A stretch of 64,000 nt of DNA from Promethearchaeati archaeon SRVP18_Atabeyarchaeia-1 (GTDB taxonomy: Archaea > Asgardarchaeota > Atabeyarchaeia > Atabeyarchaeales > Atabeyarchaeaceae). Positions 1 through 10,420 of this stretch are shown piece after piece (within the stretch, counting starts at the first letter, position 1; every line of letters begins with the position of its first letter). The translations under genes were made by a program, and so were the position numbers. Location of the stretch: NCBI GenBank assembly GCA_037308085.1, contig CP147779.1, forward strand, positions 1,216,001 through 1,280,000. The letters are read 5' to 3'. The notes under the pieces were generated by a model that saw only the letters and a program-made list of their open reading frames with translations, was not told the DNA's origin and ran no database searches.

Positions 1-2
1 CC

Positions 3-1208
3 AACAAGACCGGAAAGCAGTACTGCAGTAATGTCTGTTGCATGAACACGATAAAGGACGCTCTGTTGATTAAGGAGCATTGGCCAGAAACTGAGATCAG
101 CGTTTTCTACATTGACATTAGAGCTTACGGAAAGGGTTTCGAGGACCTCTACACACGAGCCAAGAAAGAAGGTGTCAAATTCATACGTGGACTTCCGGCA
201 GAAATCTTAGAGGACAAAACAAGCCACAACATCCAGCTCGTTGGCGAGAACACTCTACTGAAGGAATTATACAGAATGGACGCTGACATGGCGATTCTGT
301 CAATAGGTCTGGAATCGCGAAAAGACAGTGAAACAATTCAACGGCTACTGACAATTTCCAGAGATCAAGACGGGTTCTTCCTTGAAGCACACCCAAAACT
401 CAGGCCAGTAGACGCTGCCACCGGAGGAATATTCTTTGCGGGCTGTGCTGAGGCTCCCAAGGACATCAAGGACAGCGTGACCCAAGCCAGTGCAGCCGCA
501 GCTCGGGCAGGGATCTTGATGGCAAAGGGAAAAGTGACTGTCGAAGCCATTACGCCAATCTACGATGCCGAAAAATGTAAGGCATGTGGACTCTGCGTGA
601 AAGTATGCCCATATAATGCAATCACATTAGACAAAGAAAGAAAAGTCATCAACATCGTGGAGGCTGCCTGTGGCGGATGCGGAACCTGTGCGGCTGAATG
701 CGCATTTGGCGCTCTTACACAGAGCCACTTCACAGACGAACAGATCTCGGCACAGATTGATGCCGCAACAGAGGAAGCGCCAGAAAAGAAAGCAGTCGCA
801 TTTTGCTGCAACTGGTGTTCATACGCAGGTGCAGACTTTGCCGGTGTGAGCAGAATGCAGTATCCACCAGACGTACGAATAATCCGGACCATGTGTTCGG
901 GGCGCGTGGCTCAGAAATTCGTTGAAAGAGCTTTCGCTAGAGGCGCCGCAACTGTGCTAGTAGCTGGCTGCCATCTTGGAGATTGCCACTACATTAATGC
1001 CAATTACCAGACACAGAAACGCGTAGAACGTTTATGGAAAAAGATGGAGCAGAGCGGGCTAGACAGGGAAAGGCTTCAGCTGCTGTGGGCTTCTGCTGCA
1101 GAAGGCGAGAGATTCGCCAACAAGATTCGTGAATTGCACTCGATAATCGAGAAGGTGAAGCCTGAGGACATTGAGAAGTCTAGAAAGACTTTCGCAAAAA
1201 GTCTGTAG
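3..1208 (+). CDS. hdrA: Heterodisulfide reductase subunit A C-terminal part fused to MvhD (methyl-viologen-reducing hydrogenase delta); 5'-truncated by window edge
   Basis: Frame is open from nt 3 (NKTGKQYCSNVCCM, HdrA motif). Also YIDIRAYGKGFE, EAHPKLRPV, GCAEAPKDI and two CxxCxxCxxxC ferredoxin motifs, then MvhD motifs AFCCNWCSYAGAD, IRTMCSGRV, GCHLGDCHY and WASAAEG. Confidence 0.93.
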   Translation, partial: NKTGKQYCSNVCCMNTIKDALLIKEHWPETEISVFYIDIRAYGKGFEDLYTRAKKEGVKFIRGLPAEILEDKTSHNIQLVGENTLLKELYRMDADMAILSIGLESRKDSETIQRLLTISRDQDGFFLEAHPKLRPVDAATGGIFFAGCAEAPKDIKDSVTQASAAAARAGILMAKGKVTVEAITPIYDAEKCKACGLCVKVCPYNAITLDKERKVINIVEAACGGCGTCAAECAFGALTQSHFTDEQISAQIDAATEEAPEKKAVAFCCNWCSYAGADFAGVSRMQYPPDVRIIRTMCSGRVAQKFVERAFARGAATVLVAGCHLGDCHYINANYQTQKRVERLWKKMEQSGLDRERLQLLWASAAEGERFANKIRELHSIIEKVKPEDIEKSRKTFAKSL

Positions 1209-1221
1209 GTGAAAATAAGCG

Positions 1222-1500
1222 ATGCCTGAAAGAATTAGACATGCCCCCCTAGACGCCAAGAGCGTAAAATCACCGAAAGGCGAGATACACCTAATCAAGG
1301 ACCAATGTAAGGGTTGTAGCTATTGCATTGAATTCTGTCCAAAAAAGGTACTAGAAGAATCACAGGAAATAAACGCCCGTGGTGTTCATCCGCCTAGAGT
1401 AGCTGACGAAAGCAAGTGCGTCGTCTGCAATTTCTGCACATCTGTCTGTCCGGACTTTGCGATTTACGTTCTCGAGAAACCATGCAAGGAAGGTTGCTAA
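1222..1500 (+). CDS. korD: 2-oxoacid:ferredoxin oxidoreductase delta subunit (2x[4Fe-4S] ferredoxin)
   Basis: CKGCSYCIEFCP and CVVCNFCTSVCPDFAI; first gene of a delta-alpha-beta-gamma operon. Confidence 0.88.
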   Translation: MPERIRHAPLDAKSVKSPKGEIHLIKDQCKGCSYCIEFCPKKVLEESQEINARGVHPPRVADESKCVVCNFCTSVCPDFAIYVLEKPCKEGC

Positions 1501-1502
1501 GT

Positions 1503-2654
1503 ATGAGCAGGAAAGAGGTTTTTCCAACTGGTTCTCAATTCATGAATGGCGACATTGCGTGCGCGGAGGGCGCGATTGCAGCTGGTTGTAGATTTTTCGC
1601 CGGCTATCCAATTACCCCAGCAACTGAAATTGCCGAGCACCTCTCCCAGAGGATGCCAGAGTGCCGCGGAGTCTACATCCAAATGGAAGACGAAATCGCG
1701 TCGATGGCGGCTGTAATTGGAGCTTCTTATACTGGTTTGAAGGCTATGACCGCTACATCTGGACCAGGCTTCAGCCTCATGCAGGAAAACATAGGTCTAG
1801 CCGTAATGACAGAAGCACCATGCGTAGTCGTAGACATCATGCGTGGTGGGCCGAGCACCGGACAGCCGACCCTGCCGGGCCAACAGGATGTGATGCAGGC
1901 CAAGTGGGGTTCCCACGGAGATTATGGAATAATCGCGCTCTCACCTTCTTCCGTTCAAGAGATGTTTGACTTGACAGTTGAAGCTTTCAACCTCTCCGAG
2001 ACGTACAGGGTTCCGACATTACTTATGGGGGATGAGATTGTTGGACATATGTGGGAGAAGGTTGTAATTCCTGCGCCTAGCCAGATAAAGATAATGAACC
2101 GTAAGAAACCTAATGTTTCACCGGACAAGTACGAGCCTTTTATGCCTGACGACAACTTAGTCCCACCAATGGCATGTTTCGGCGAGGGGTATCATTTTCA
2201 CGCTACGGGCCTAACTCATGATGAACGCGGGTTTCCACGAACATCGAGTTCCGAAACTCAGTCTAAACTCGTCAGACGATTGTGTGACAAGATCAGTAGG
2301 AATGCCGACAGGATCATAAGGCTTCAAAAAATGTCGCTTGAAGACGCCGATGTCGGTGTATTTGCGTATGGGATAGTTGCTCGAGCTGCCCTAAGCGCTG
2401 TAAAGAGAGCGCGGGAAAAGGGAATAAAGGCTGGCCTTCTTCGTCCTATCACATTGTGGCCTTTCCCAGAGAAGGAAGTTGAAAGAATGGCGCAGAAGGT
2501 TAAGGCAATAGTTGTACCAGAGATGAACTGCGGGCAGCTGGTACGGGAAGTTGAGAGAAGTGCGAAAGAGACTCCCGTAAACTTTCTCGGGAAGCTGGGA
2601 GAGGATCCTCATACGCCGGCGGAGATTTTCGATGCGATCAGGAAGTGTTGCTGA
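1503..2654 (+). CDS. korA: 2-oxoacid:ferredoxin oxidoreductase alpha subunit
   Basis: FFAGYPITPATE, QMEDEIAS, TATSGPGFSLMQE, RGGPSTG. ATG at 1503 directly after the korD stop is preferred over the ORF-track start at 1416. Confidence 0.93.
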   Translation: MSRKEVFPTGSQFMNGDIACAEGAIAAGCRFFAGYPITPATEIAEHLSQRMPECRGVYIQMEDEIASMAAVIGASYTGLKAMTATSGPGFSLMQENIGLAVMTEAPCVVVDIMRGGPSTGQPTLPGQQDVMQAKWGSHGDYGIIALSPSSVQEMFDLTVEAFNLSETYRVPTLLMGDEIVGHMWEKVVIPAPSQIKIMNRKKPNVSPDKYEPFMPDDNLVPPMACFGEGYHFHATGLTHDERGFPRTSSSETQSKLVRRLCDKISRNADRIIRLQKMSLEDADVGVFAYGIVARAALSAVKRAREKGIKAGLLRPITLWPFPEKEVERMAQKVKAIVVPEMNCGQLVREVERSAKETPVNFLGKLGEDPHTPAEIFDAIRKCC

Positions 2655-3517
2655 TGGTCGAGCAGAGAGTCGAGCAAACGAGTGAGCAGGGAATTGAGCA
2701 TCCTTTCCTGAAATACTTGAGAAAAGCAATGATGCCTCATATATGGTGCCCAGGATGCGGTAACGGGACGGTCTTGAACTCCTTCGTCCACGCCATCGAT
2801 GAACTGAAGATGGACGTAAACAAGATCGTAGTCATATCAGGCATAGGATGCATTGGTCGAACCGCGGGATACGTAAATACGGATTCGTTTCACACTACGC
2901 ACGGGCGCGCGCTAGCATTTGCGACAGGAGTAAAATTGGCGAATCCGGAATTGCAGGTTGTCGTCATAAGTGGAGACGGTGACCTGTTCGCCATCGGGGG
3001 AAACCATTTCATTCACACTGCACGCAGGAACTTGGGGATCAAAGTAATCTGTGTAAACAACTTCAATTATGGGATGACGGGTGGGCAAGCGGGTCCGACA
3101 ACACCCCTCGAATCAATAACGACGACAACCTCTCGCGGAAACATTGAGCGCCCTTTCAACCTCATGCACCTAGCGGCAGCATCAGGAGCAGTCTACGCGG
3201 CAAGATGGACAACTCTAGACGCGCGGAGGTTGACTCAGTCAATCAGGAAGATGTTGCAGAAAGAGGGTTTTGCATTCATCGAGGTGATATCTCCTTGCCC
3301 AGAGATTTTCGGGCGATATAATAAGAGGAAGTCTGGGCTAGAGAACATGGCGTGGTTCAAGAAATCGGCAGTGGTGGAGAGCTTCTCGGATCCAGCCAAG
3401 GCGGAGATAACCACGGACAAAATACCTATCGGGGAGTTCGTGGATATAGAGAAGCCGAGTTATGAAAAGCTGCTAGATCAGAAAATGTCTCGGATTAACG
3501 AGAAGACTTTGCGGTAG
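2654..3517 (+). CDS. korB: 2-oxoacid:ferredoxin oxidoreductase beta (TPP-binding) subunit
   Basis: WCPGCG, SGIGC, HGRA, GDGD...N TPP motif, YGMTGGQ, SPCP; TGATG overlap with the korA stop. Confidence 0.93.
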   Translation: MVEQRVEQTSEQGIEHPFLKYLRKAMMPHIWCPGCGNGTVLNSFVHAIDELKMDVNKIVVISGIGCIGRTAGYVNTDSFHTTHGRALAFATGVKLANPELQVVVISGDGDLFAIGGNHFIHTARRNLGIKVICVNNFNYGMTGGQAGPTTPLESITTTTSRGNIERPFNLMHLAAASGAVYAARWTTLDARRLTQSIRKMLQKEGFAFIEVISPCPEIFGRYNKRKSGLENMAWFKKSAVVESFSDPAKAEITTDKIPIGEFVDIEKPSYEKLLDQKMSRINEKTLR

Positions 3518-3527
3518 ATGAGCAAAG

Positions 3528-4073
3528 ATGCGCGTCGAAGTTAGGTTCGCAGGTTTTGGCGGTCAAGGCATCATCAAGTCTGGGATTATTACGGCTGCAA
3601 GCGCATGTATTCACGGCAGTAAGAATGCAGTTCAGACGCAGTCGTACGGCCCGGAGTCAAGAGGTGGAGCATGTAAGTCTGAGGTCGTTATCTCAGAAGA
3701 TGACATAGATTTTCCGAAAGTCACTGAACCGGACGTGCTGGTTGTGATGTCTCAACACGCCTACAACGACTACTCAGAGGATCTGAAAACGGGGGGCACA
3801 ATGATCTTGGACCCTGATATGATTCCTAATGAGAAGGATCTTAGAAACGTCAGGGTGTTTCATGTGCCAGCCACAAAGATCGCGGAAGAACTACGAAACA
3901 AGATAGTAGCGAATATTGTAATGTTAGGTGCCTTCACAGCTATCACGGGAATAGTTGATGAAAATGCCATCAAAGCATCAATAAAAGAAAACATTCCCCG
4001 GGGAACTGAGGAACTCAACCTCAAGGCTTTTGAGAAAGGCTATGAATATGGGAAGAGGCTTCTAAGAAGCTAG
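3528..4073 (+). CDS. korC: 2-oxoacid:ferredoxin oxidoreductase gamma subunit
   Basis: RFAGFGGQG, QSYGPESRGG, NIVMLGA. Confidence 0.92.
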   Translation: MRVEVRFAGFGGQGIIKSGIITAASACIHGSKNAVQTQSYGPESRGGACKSEVVISEDDIDFPKVTEPDVLVVMSQHAYNDYSEDLKTGGTMILDPDMIPNEKDLRNVRVFHVPATKIAEELRNKIVANIVMLGAFTAITGIVDENAIKASIKENIPRGTEELNLKAFEKGYEYGKRLLRS

Positions 4074-4141
4074 ACCAAGCTCGGACCAAACTCAGGTCGG
4101 CTAGCGAATTCCCCGCATCGTTTGAATCCGTTGGCTCGTTG

Positions 4142-4996
4142 TCATGCTGAGCTGGTGAGAAGTTCCTCCAGCGTTGTTTTTCCTTTCATCTTCTCTTGGA
4201 GAGCCTTAATCTTCTCGTTCAGCGTCGCAACCTTGACATCGTATAGGACTCCAAAGTACAGGGGATCCTCTTTGAGCGCCATATCTAGGGCTTTTATCTT
4301 GCTTGTCACATCATGCGATTGATCTAGATTCTTGGCCCGACCTTTTATGGAAGCGTAAGTGTTGTTGAAGGCTACACAGGGGCTGACCGCCTCAACAAAA
4401 GCAAAACCCTTGTGCTCAAATGCCTTAACGATAAGTTCGGTCAACTGCGTAGGGTTGCCTGCGAATCCCCTAGCCACAAAACTAGCACCAGTGACTATGG
4501 CAACTGCCGAGGGGTTCAAAGGCGCCTCAAGGGCTCCATAGGGTGTACTGCGTGTGACCGTGCCCTCAAGGGTAGTTGGGGATACCTGTCCTTTCGTCTG
4601 TCCGTATATGGAATTATTCATCATTATGTAAGGTAGTTCGATGTTCCGCCTGCATGCGTGTATGAAATGCCCGCCGCCTATGGATATCCCATCTCCGTCG
4701 CCTCCAACCACTATGACGTGGAGATCTGGTCGTGCAAGTTTCAGTCCCGAAGCTACTGCTAAGGCTCTCCCATGGACGGTGTGAAATCCATATACTTTGA
4801 GGAAACTTGGGGTTCTGCTTGAGCAGCCGATTCCTGAAATTAAGGCTATTTCCCAAGGATTGTAGTTCTTCAGGCTCATCGCGTTCGTAAGCGAGGTGTA
4901 CACCCCGTAGTCGCCACAGCCTGGGCACCAGACAGGTTTCACATCACTCTTGTAGTCCGAGGGGGTGAACTTCTTTTGCGCTACTGTCATTTTCAT
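4142..4996 (-). CDS. Second 2-oxoacid:ferredoxin oxidoreductase, beta subunit
   Basis: WCPGCGDYG, SGIGCSSR, HGRA, GGDGDG, YGQTKGQVSPT, SPCVAFN. Confidence 0.92.
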   Translation of the reverse strand: MKMTVAQKKFTPSDYKSDVKPVWCPGCGDYGVYTSLTNAMSLKNYNPWEIALISGIGCSSRTPSFLKVYGFHTVHGRALAVASGLKLARPDLHVIVVGGDGDGISIGGGHFIHACRRNIELPYIMMNNSIYGQTKGQVSPTTLEGTVTRSTPYGALEAPLNPSAVAIVTGASFVARGFAGNPTQLTELIVKAFEHKGFAFVEAVSPCVAFNNTYASIKGRAKNLDQSHDVTSKIKALDMALKEDPLYFGVLYDVKVATLNEKIKALQEKMKGKTTLEELLTSSA

Positions 4997-5032
4997 TCCT
5001 CCAACTCACTGTCGCTCTCAGAAATTCCACAT

Positions 5033-6763
5033 TCACGGGGCAATCTCCTTGATCTTCTCATAGACCTCATTGGTTGTAAATGGTAGTCCCGTCGTCTTCC
5101 GGAGCGGGACTGATTCCCTGAGCAATGTCTTCTTCAGTAGACTCGAAAGATGACCTGTCGCATTCAACTCCGCAACAATAATTCTGTCCACGCTATCCAA
5201 GTAAGGCTTGATCTGTCTGACTGGCAAGGGCGAAAGCATCAAAATATGTAGTGATGACACCTTCTTTCCTTCCTTGCTTGCCTTGGCTACTGCTTCCCTC
5301 ACTGCACCCTCTGATGGCCCCCAGCTTACTACGCCAACGTCAGCCTTCCTGTTGCCAGCTGGAAACACTCTCGTCATGTTTGGCTCGTCTTCAGCCCTCC
5401 TGAGTTTCAGAAGTCGCTTATCCATCATCATTTGATGAATCTCAGGCTCGTAACTGAATGTTGCATTCTCAAGTCTCTCGAGGCTTTCCGAAATATAGAT
5501 ACCGCGTTTGTCGCCCGGAATCGCCATCGGCGAAACACCGTCTTTCGTCACCTCGTACCTCTTGTAGTGACCCGACTGCTCAACCTCCTTGTAATTTGGT
5601 CTCAACCTGTTCTCGACTTGAATCTTCGAGAGATCCGGTTTCTCGATCATCTCACCGCGATCCGATAACGATTGCTCAGAAAGGAGTATTGCAGGCATCT
5701 GCAGTCGTTCAGCCAAGTTGAATGCTTTGATAGTCAGATAGAAGCAGTCTTCAACATTCGCTGGGGCAAGTACGATCCGAGGCGCATCACCATGTCCTTG
5801 GTACAAGGCTGCATTAAGGTCTCCTTGTTCGGTCTTAGTAGGCATACCAGTACTTGGTCCAGCTCTTTGGACATCTACTATTACAACAGGTATTTCGGAC
5901 ATAGAGGCTAGGCCAAGGGTCTCAGCCATGAGTGAGAAGCCTGGACCAGAGGTTGCTGTCATGGACTTTACGCCGCCGAATGAAGCTCCAATCGCAGCTG
6001 ATAGTGCGGCAAGCTCATCCTCGGTCTGAAACAGTGTTCCGCCAAACTTTGGGAACTCACGAGCTAGGAATTCCATAATAGTTGTTGAAGGTGTGATCGG
6101 ATAGCCTGAGAAAAATCTGCACCCAGCTGCTATCGCTCCCAGAGCGATAGCGATGTTCCCGCTCTGAAATATCTTGGTAGGAGAAACCTTCGGTTTCGGC
6201 AATTCGTAAGTCATCGGCGAGTTCTTCTCTGAGTGCTCGAAACCCAACTTCAGCGCATCGATGTTCTTCTCAACACCCTTGAATCGCTTCTGAACGAGGT
6301 CAGAAATGATTCCGATTGGTATTGACAGAATATACGCTGCGGCACCAAGGGCAACCATGTTCTTGGTCCTAGCGACTCCCACCTTTTCCTTGGATATGCT
6401 AGTCATAGGCAAGCCATACAAACTCAATGAAGGTCTCATTTTGGGTGGCGACGTAAGAAGATCTGGATCGTATACAGCCAGTCCCTTGTCATGGACGCTG
6501 TTGATGTGTGCGTCTAATGAGGTTTCATCAAAAGCGATTAAGACGTCCATGGAATCCCATGGCGACAGAGTATTCTCAATTCCAAGTCTCACTTGGTAAA
6601 GGCTCTGGCCTCCAGTGACTTCGGCAGGATATGTTCTGAAATTGCACAAGCTCATGCCGAGTTTAGCGGCGGCAAGCGTCAGGATTTCACCAGCAGTTAT
6701 TATCCCCTCGCCTGATTCGCCTGCTATCCTAAGGATTATGTCAGAAACCTTGACAGATCCCAT
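5033..6763 (-). CDS. Second 2-oxoacid:ferredoxin oxidoreductase, fused gamma-alpha subunit
   Basis: N-terminal IAGESGEG (gamma domain), then SGYPITPST, QTEDE, TATSGPG, QRAGPSTGMPTKTEQGD. ATG at 6763 is the likely start (track start 6835). Confidence 0.92.
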   Translation of the reverse strand: MGSVKVSDIILRIAGESGEGIITAGEILTLAAAKLGMSLCNFRTYPAEVTGGQSLYQVRLGIENTLSPWDSMDVLIAFDETSLDAHINSVHDKGLAVYDPDLLTSPPKMRPSLSLYGLPMTSISKEKVGVARTKNMVALGAAAYILSIPIGIISDLVQKRFKGVEKNIDALKLGFEHSEKNSPMTYELPKPKVSPTKIFQSGNIAIALGAIAAGCRFFSGYPITPSTTIMEFLAREFPKFGGTLFQTEDELAALSAAIGASFGGVKSMTATSGPGFSLMAETLGLASMSEIPVVIVDVQRAGPSTGMPTKTEQGDLNAALYQGHGDAPRIVLAPANVEDCFYLTIKAFNLAERLQMPAILLSEQSLSDRGEMIEKPDLSKIQVENRLRPNYKEVEQSGHYKRYEVTKDGVSPMAIPGDKRGIYISESLERLENATFSYEPEIHQMMMDKRLLKLRRAEDEPNMTRVFPAGNRKADVGVVSWGPSEGAVREAVAKASKEGKKVSSLHILMLSPLPVRQIKPYLDSVDRIIVAELNATGHLSSLLKKTLLRESVPLRKTTGLPFTTNEVYEKIKEIAP

Positions 6764-7021
6764 ATCTCTTCCAACCCTAGAATTCATGAATAGTGCAAGA
6801 GCAATAGCCCTGCCACTCGGAACAGATCGTTCCATTCACCAGTGAATTTGCTGAGATATAATCCAGTAATGGAATACTCAGCCCAATTCTTAAGTCTTAG
6901 CTTGGTTTCTCAATTGTTTAATTGATGCTATATTCACATTAACAAAGGACCCACATGCTTAATTAACGGTCATCAGCTTTGAAACTATCTGATTGCTGCG
7001 TATTCATTAATATTCAGCAAA

Positions 7022-8233
7022 GTGTACGATGGAGGCCCACACGTTTTGGAGAATAGATTCGACCCTAACCAGTTCGTACGCACCGAGATACAGGAGATCA
7101 GGGACGTCGTAAAGGAAGGGAAAGTCCTCCTATGTTGCAGTGGAGGGGTCTGCAGCAACGTCATGGCTACGCTCTTTCGGAAAACCGCCGAACAACCTAA
7201 TGTCACCTCGGTCCTCATCGACACGGGCTTCTTGAGAGAAAAGGAAGTTGAGACTGTTTCGGAGATGCTGTCGAGGGCTCCAATGAAGCTGAACCTACAA
7301 GTCGTTGATGCAAGAAGGAAATTCATGAAAGCTGTCGAACAGAGTGAAACTGGAATAGAGAAACGAAAGGCGTTTTGCGAGGTCTTCTACGCAACTCTCA
7401 GCGAACTTGCAGAAAGAGAGCAAGCAGAATTTGTAGCACTTGGAACAAGTGCAACCCCCAAGGCTTCTACAAGCCAGATTCCCCAACTCTCTTCAATAAA
7501 CAAGCCGCGGAGTGACTCGGTCAAGAGGTTTGAGCCACTAGCCTCGCTAGACAGATGCCAGGTAAAGCAAGTCGCGGAGGCATTGGACCTTCCGCCAAGA
7601 CTCTCAGACTTGGTTCCATTCCCATCTATGGGACTGTTGATACGCGCAATCGGAAGAATAAGTGATGAGAAGATAAGGACAGCAAGAGAAGCAACAAGTG
7701 TAGTGGAGGATGAGCTTCAGCACATCAGACCCAGCCAGTACTTTGCCGCCGTACTTGACAACAAAGATGACAACTACGAGAAGATCGACAAAGTGAGAGA
7801 GAAGGTCTCCGACCTGTTCGACGTTGCCCCCAGTCAAGTTGACATCGTAATCCCTCAAAGCAGAGTATCTGCCCTAGTTGACAAGACAAGAGTATACCTA
7901 CGGGCATCAGCGGCGAGGGTAACACTTCTCGGATCTAAGGAGACGCTTGAGCCAGACTACGACGATCTCAGCAATTTCCCAATAGAATTCAACGAGAAAT
8001 ACAAGGACTTCGCAAGATGCCTTTACAGCGTCACAAGGAAACCGAAGAACGGGAAGTACATAGTCGTCGTCAGAGCAGTGTCGACAGAGGACTTCAGCAA
8101 GGCAATTATAGCCAAACTCGAGTGGAGCAAACTCTATTCAATCGCAGAGAGGATCATGGATGAATGTAGTAAGGTCGCATCAGTATACTACGACGTGACA
8201 CCGAAGCCTCCGGCAACAATAGAGCTGGAATAA
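7022..8233 (+). CDS. GMP synthase subunit B (ATP pyrophosphatase)-like protein, degenerate active site
   Basis: FDPNQFV...SGGVCS (canonical SGGVDS), IDTGFLRE, EKRK, EPL, PFPSMGLLIR and C-terminal YDVTPKPPATIELE. The IKSHHN motif is absent. Confidence 0.8.
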   Translation: MYDGGPHVLENRFDPNQFVRTEIQEIRDVVKEGKVLLCCSGGVCSNVMATLFRKTAEQPNVTSVLIDTGFLREKEVETVSEMLSRAPMKLNLQVVDARRKFMKAVEQSETGIEKRKAFCEVFYATLSELAEREQAEFVALGTSATPKASTSQIPQLSSINKPRSDSVKRFEPLASLDRCQVKQVAEALDLPPRLSDLVPFPSMGLLIRAIGRISDEKIRTAREATSVVEDELQHIRPSQYFAAVLDNKDDNYEKIDKVREKVSDLFDVAPSQVDIVIPQSRVSALVDKTRVYLRASAARVTLLGSKETLEPDYDDLSNFPIEFNEKYKDFARCLYSVTRKPKNGKYIVVVRAVSTEDFSKAIIAKLEWSKLYSIAERIMDECSKVASVYYDVTPKPPATIELE

Positions 8234-8278
8234 GGAACGATAAATAGAAGCACCCAGACCCAGAGGTCATCGGCACAT

Positions 8279-9292
8279 TCATCTCTCGAGGACTTCCCCG
8301 AATGCCTCACCGACAATTTTCCATGCTAAATCAGGTTTCGTACAGCTAATTGTCGTCCCCTTTGTAGCTCTGTACGACCAGCAGAATATACTGTCCACCT
8401 TTTTTCCGCCAAAATCAATCCCGTCAATCAACTTGATTGTCTGCTTGACCTCCTCCGTCTTGAATGCTGGAACAGCAAACAGCTGGACCCATATCTGCGA
8501 CATCTTGCCGTATTCCTTACAGAGTTTCAGAGCTTTCGTAGTTACTTCTGTCACATAAGGACGCATCGCTGGTTTGCCGAAGACGTAAGGATATGGGTCG
8601 GTGCTTAGTACGTCGATCTCCTTGGCTGAGGCGATCTTTGACCAGTCTCCTATCCCAGATGCTTCCCCCCCGCCAGGGAGCAGGCACGTGATTACTTTTT
8701 TGCCCGGGTCCATCGACTTCACTAGGCGCGCAGCTTCAAGCAGGAGCGCCACCAACGAGTCTTCTCGGAATCTGCGAACATCATCGGTCAGGTCTTTTGG
8801 CATTTCGTAGCCGAACTTCTCCTTGAACAGCTGCTGGCAAGTCGGACAACGGCACGTCCATTCCTTCGACGACGGCACTGCGTAGTGGGGTTCGTCTTGG
8901 AAAAGGTATTCCCAGGTAAGGTCCCTCACAAATGCCTTAACCCACGTCAGATAATAATCTCTAAATCCCGTATTGATGCATGCTGCTGCACATGCTCTCC
9001 CGCTTTCTGCCATGACTTGGCGGCAATCTTCATGGTCCTGAAGAAAGGCTGAGATAGGCTCACCTCCGAAGACTTTGCCGAAACCCCACAGGCTAATGTG
9101 AACACTCAGATCAAATTCCTTCTTGGCTATTCGTGAGATTTCCTTGATCGCCGGCCACCAGTGCTCGCAGTCGAATTCACTCACGGATAGCAACACAGAG
9201 TTGCAGTTGTGGGCAGCCATCTCTCTGAAGTCCTCGCGTGCATGATCAACTTGAGTACAACCATAGTATGCTACGCCTGTTTCGCGCACCAA
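8279..9292 (-). CDS. Glycoside-hydrolase-like TIM-barrel protein with CxCxxC Zn motif (GH42-like fold)
   Basis: AREDFREM..HNCNSV, FQDEPHY, CRCPTCQQLFKEKFG, VLSTDPY. Confidence 0.6.
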   Translation of the reverse strand: MVRETGVAYYGCTQVDHAREDFREMAAHNCNSVLLSVSEFDCEHWWPAIKEISRIAKKEFDLSVHISLWGFGKVFGGEPISAFLQDHEDCRQVMAESGRACAAACINTGFRDYYLTWVKAFVRDLTWEYLFQDEPHYAVPSSKEWTCRCPTCQQLFKEKFGYEMPKDLTDDVRRFREDSLVALLLEAARLVKSMDPGKKVITCLLPGGGEASGIGDWSKIASAKEIDVLSTDPYPYVFGKPAMRPYVTEVTTKALKLCKEYGKMSQIWVQLFAVPAFKTEEVKQTIKLIDGIDFGGKKVDSIFCWSYRATKGTTISCTKPDLAWKIVGEAFGEVLER

Positions 9293-9504
9293 AGGGACCA
9301 GTCCTCCTTCTGATTCAGATGCTACTCTGATCTGCGAATAGTTGATAGTGTGCTATGTGGCTATTGTAGTTTTCCTTACTGAGTGTCCCCCCGCCCATAC
9401 CTCCAGACGGCAGGGCTTACAGCCAAGGACTGCTCCGAAGCACCTATTGTCCCAGTTGAGAGTGGGATAAATAGCAGTGCTATCCTATTCTCTCTTGATC
9501 TAGA

Positions 9505-10332
9505 TTGTGGGTTGTGAGGCAGTTGTCATTCGAGGAGTTCATGAGACAAGGATTCATATTGCTCGACAAGGAAGACTTTGGTGGGGCAATAGAATCATTC
9601 AGAAACGCCGTCAGAATAGAACCGATGAATCCTGACGGATGGTTCTATTTGGGGGAAGCTTACAAAGGAAAAGGGAAGCTCGGTGACGCAATAAGATCCT
9701 TGAAGAAAGTTCTCGGCATGAAACCAAACGACGTGTCTGCCTGGCTCGAACTTGGTGATGCCTATAGGTCGAAAGGGAAGCGAGACAATGAGATAGAGTC
9801 CTACGTGAAGGCAACTCGGCTTGATCCAAGCAGTGAAACCGCATGGTTTGCGCTGGGAGGCGCATACGGCGAAATTGGTCAGCATGACGAGGCGGGAAAA
9901 TGCTTTGAGAAGGCCGTATCCATTGACAAGACCTTCTTCGAAGCTTGGTACAACCTGGGTGTCACACACGGGATCAGAGGAGCCCACGACAAGGAAATTG
10001 ACTGCTACAAGAAGGCGCTGGAGGTAAATCCAAAGTACTCCCTATCTTGGATGAATCTAGGGGTAGAATATGGGAGAATAAGCGAGCACGGCAAAGAAAT
10101 AGTGTGCTACGAGGCATTACTCTCAATCGACGCCCAAGATTCCTGTGGGTGGTATAATCTGGGGATGGCTTACCTCAGCATCGAGAAAGAGGGAAGAGCA
10201 CTCTATTGCTTTGATAGGGCAGGCAAGCTTGGCCTACAAGAAGCGCTGAAAGAAACCGCTAGACTCTTGGGGCGCGGAGTGAAGAGCGAGGAGTTCGAGC
10301 CAAGGGTCGGCAGTCTTCACGACCTATCATGA
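9505..10332 (+). CDS. Tetratricopeptide-repeat protein
   Basis: About seven 34-aa repeats of the type AW..LG.AY...G....A...Y.KA....P. Confidence 0.9.
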   Translation: MWVVRQLSFEEFMRQGFILLDKEDFGGAIESFRNAVRIEPMNPDGWFYLGEAYKGKGKLGDAIRSLKKVLGMKPNDVSAWLELGDAYRSKGKRDNEIESYVKATRLDPSSETAWFALGGAYGEIGQHDEAGKCFEKAVSIDKTFFEAWYNLGVTHGIRGAHDKEIDCYKKALEVNPKYSLSWMNLGVEYGRISEHGKEIVCYEALLSIDAQDSCGWYNLGMAYLSIEKEGRALYCFDRAGKLGLQEALKETARLLGRGVKSEEFEPRVGSLHDLS

Positions 10333-10420
10333 TCTGTTGCGACTCTCTCAACTTCCTAACCTCAGCTAGTGTGATATCATGCCACCGGAAGCGAATGTGC
10401 CTTATAACATGCCATCATTT

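Noticed and set aside
3-1208. Selenocysteine recoding in HdrA/MvhD
   Set aside because: All relevant positions in the visible part are Cys codons, with no in-frame TGA.
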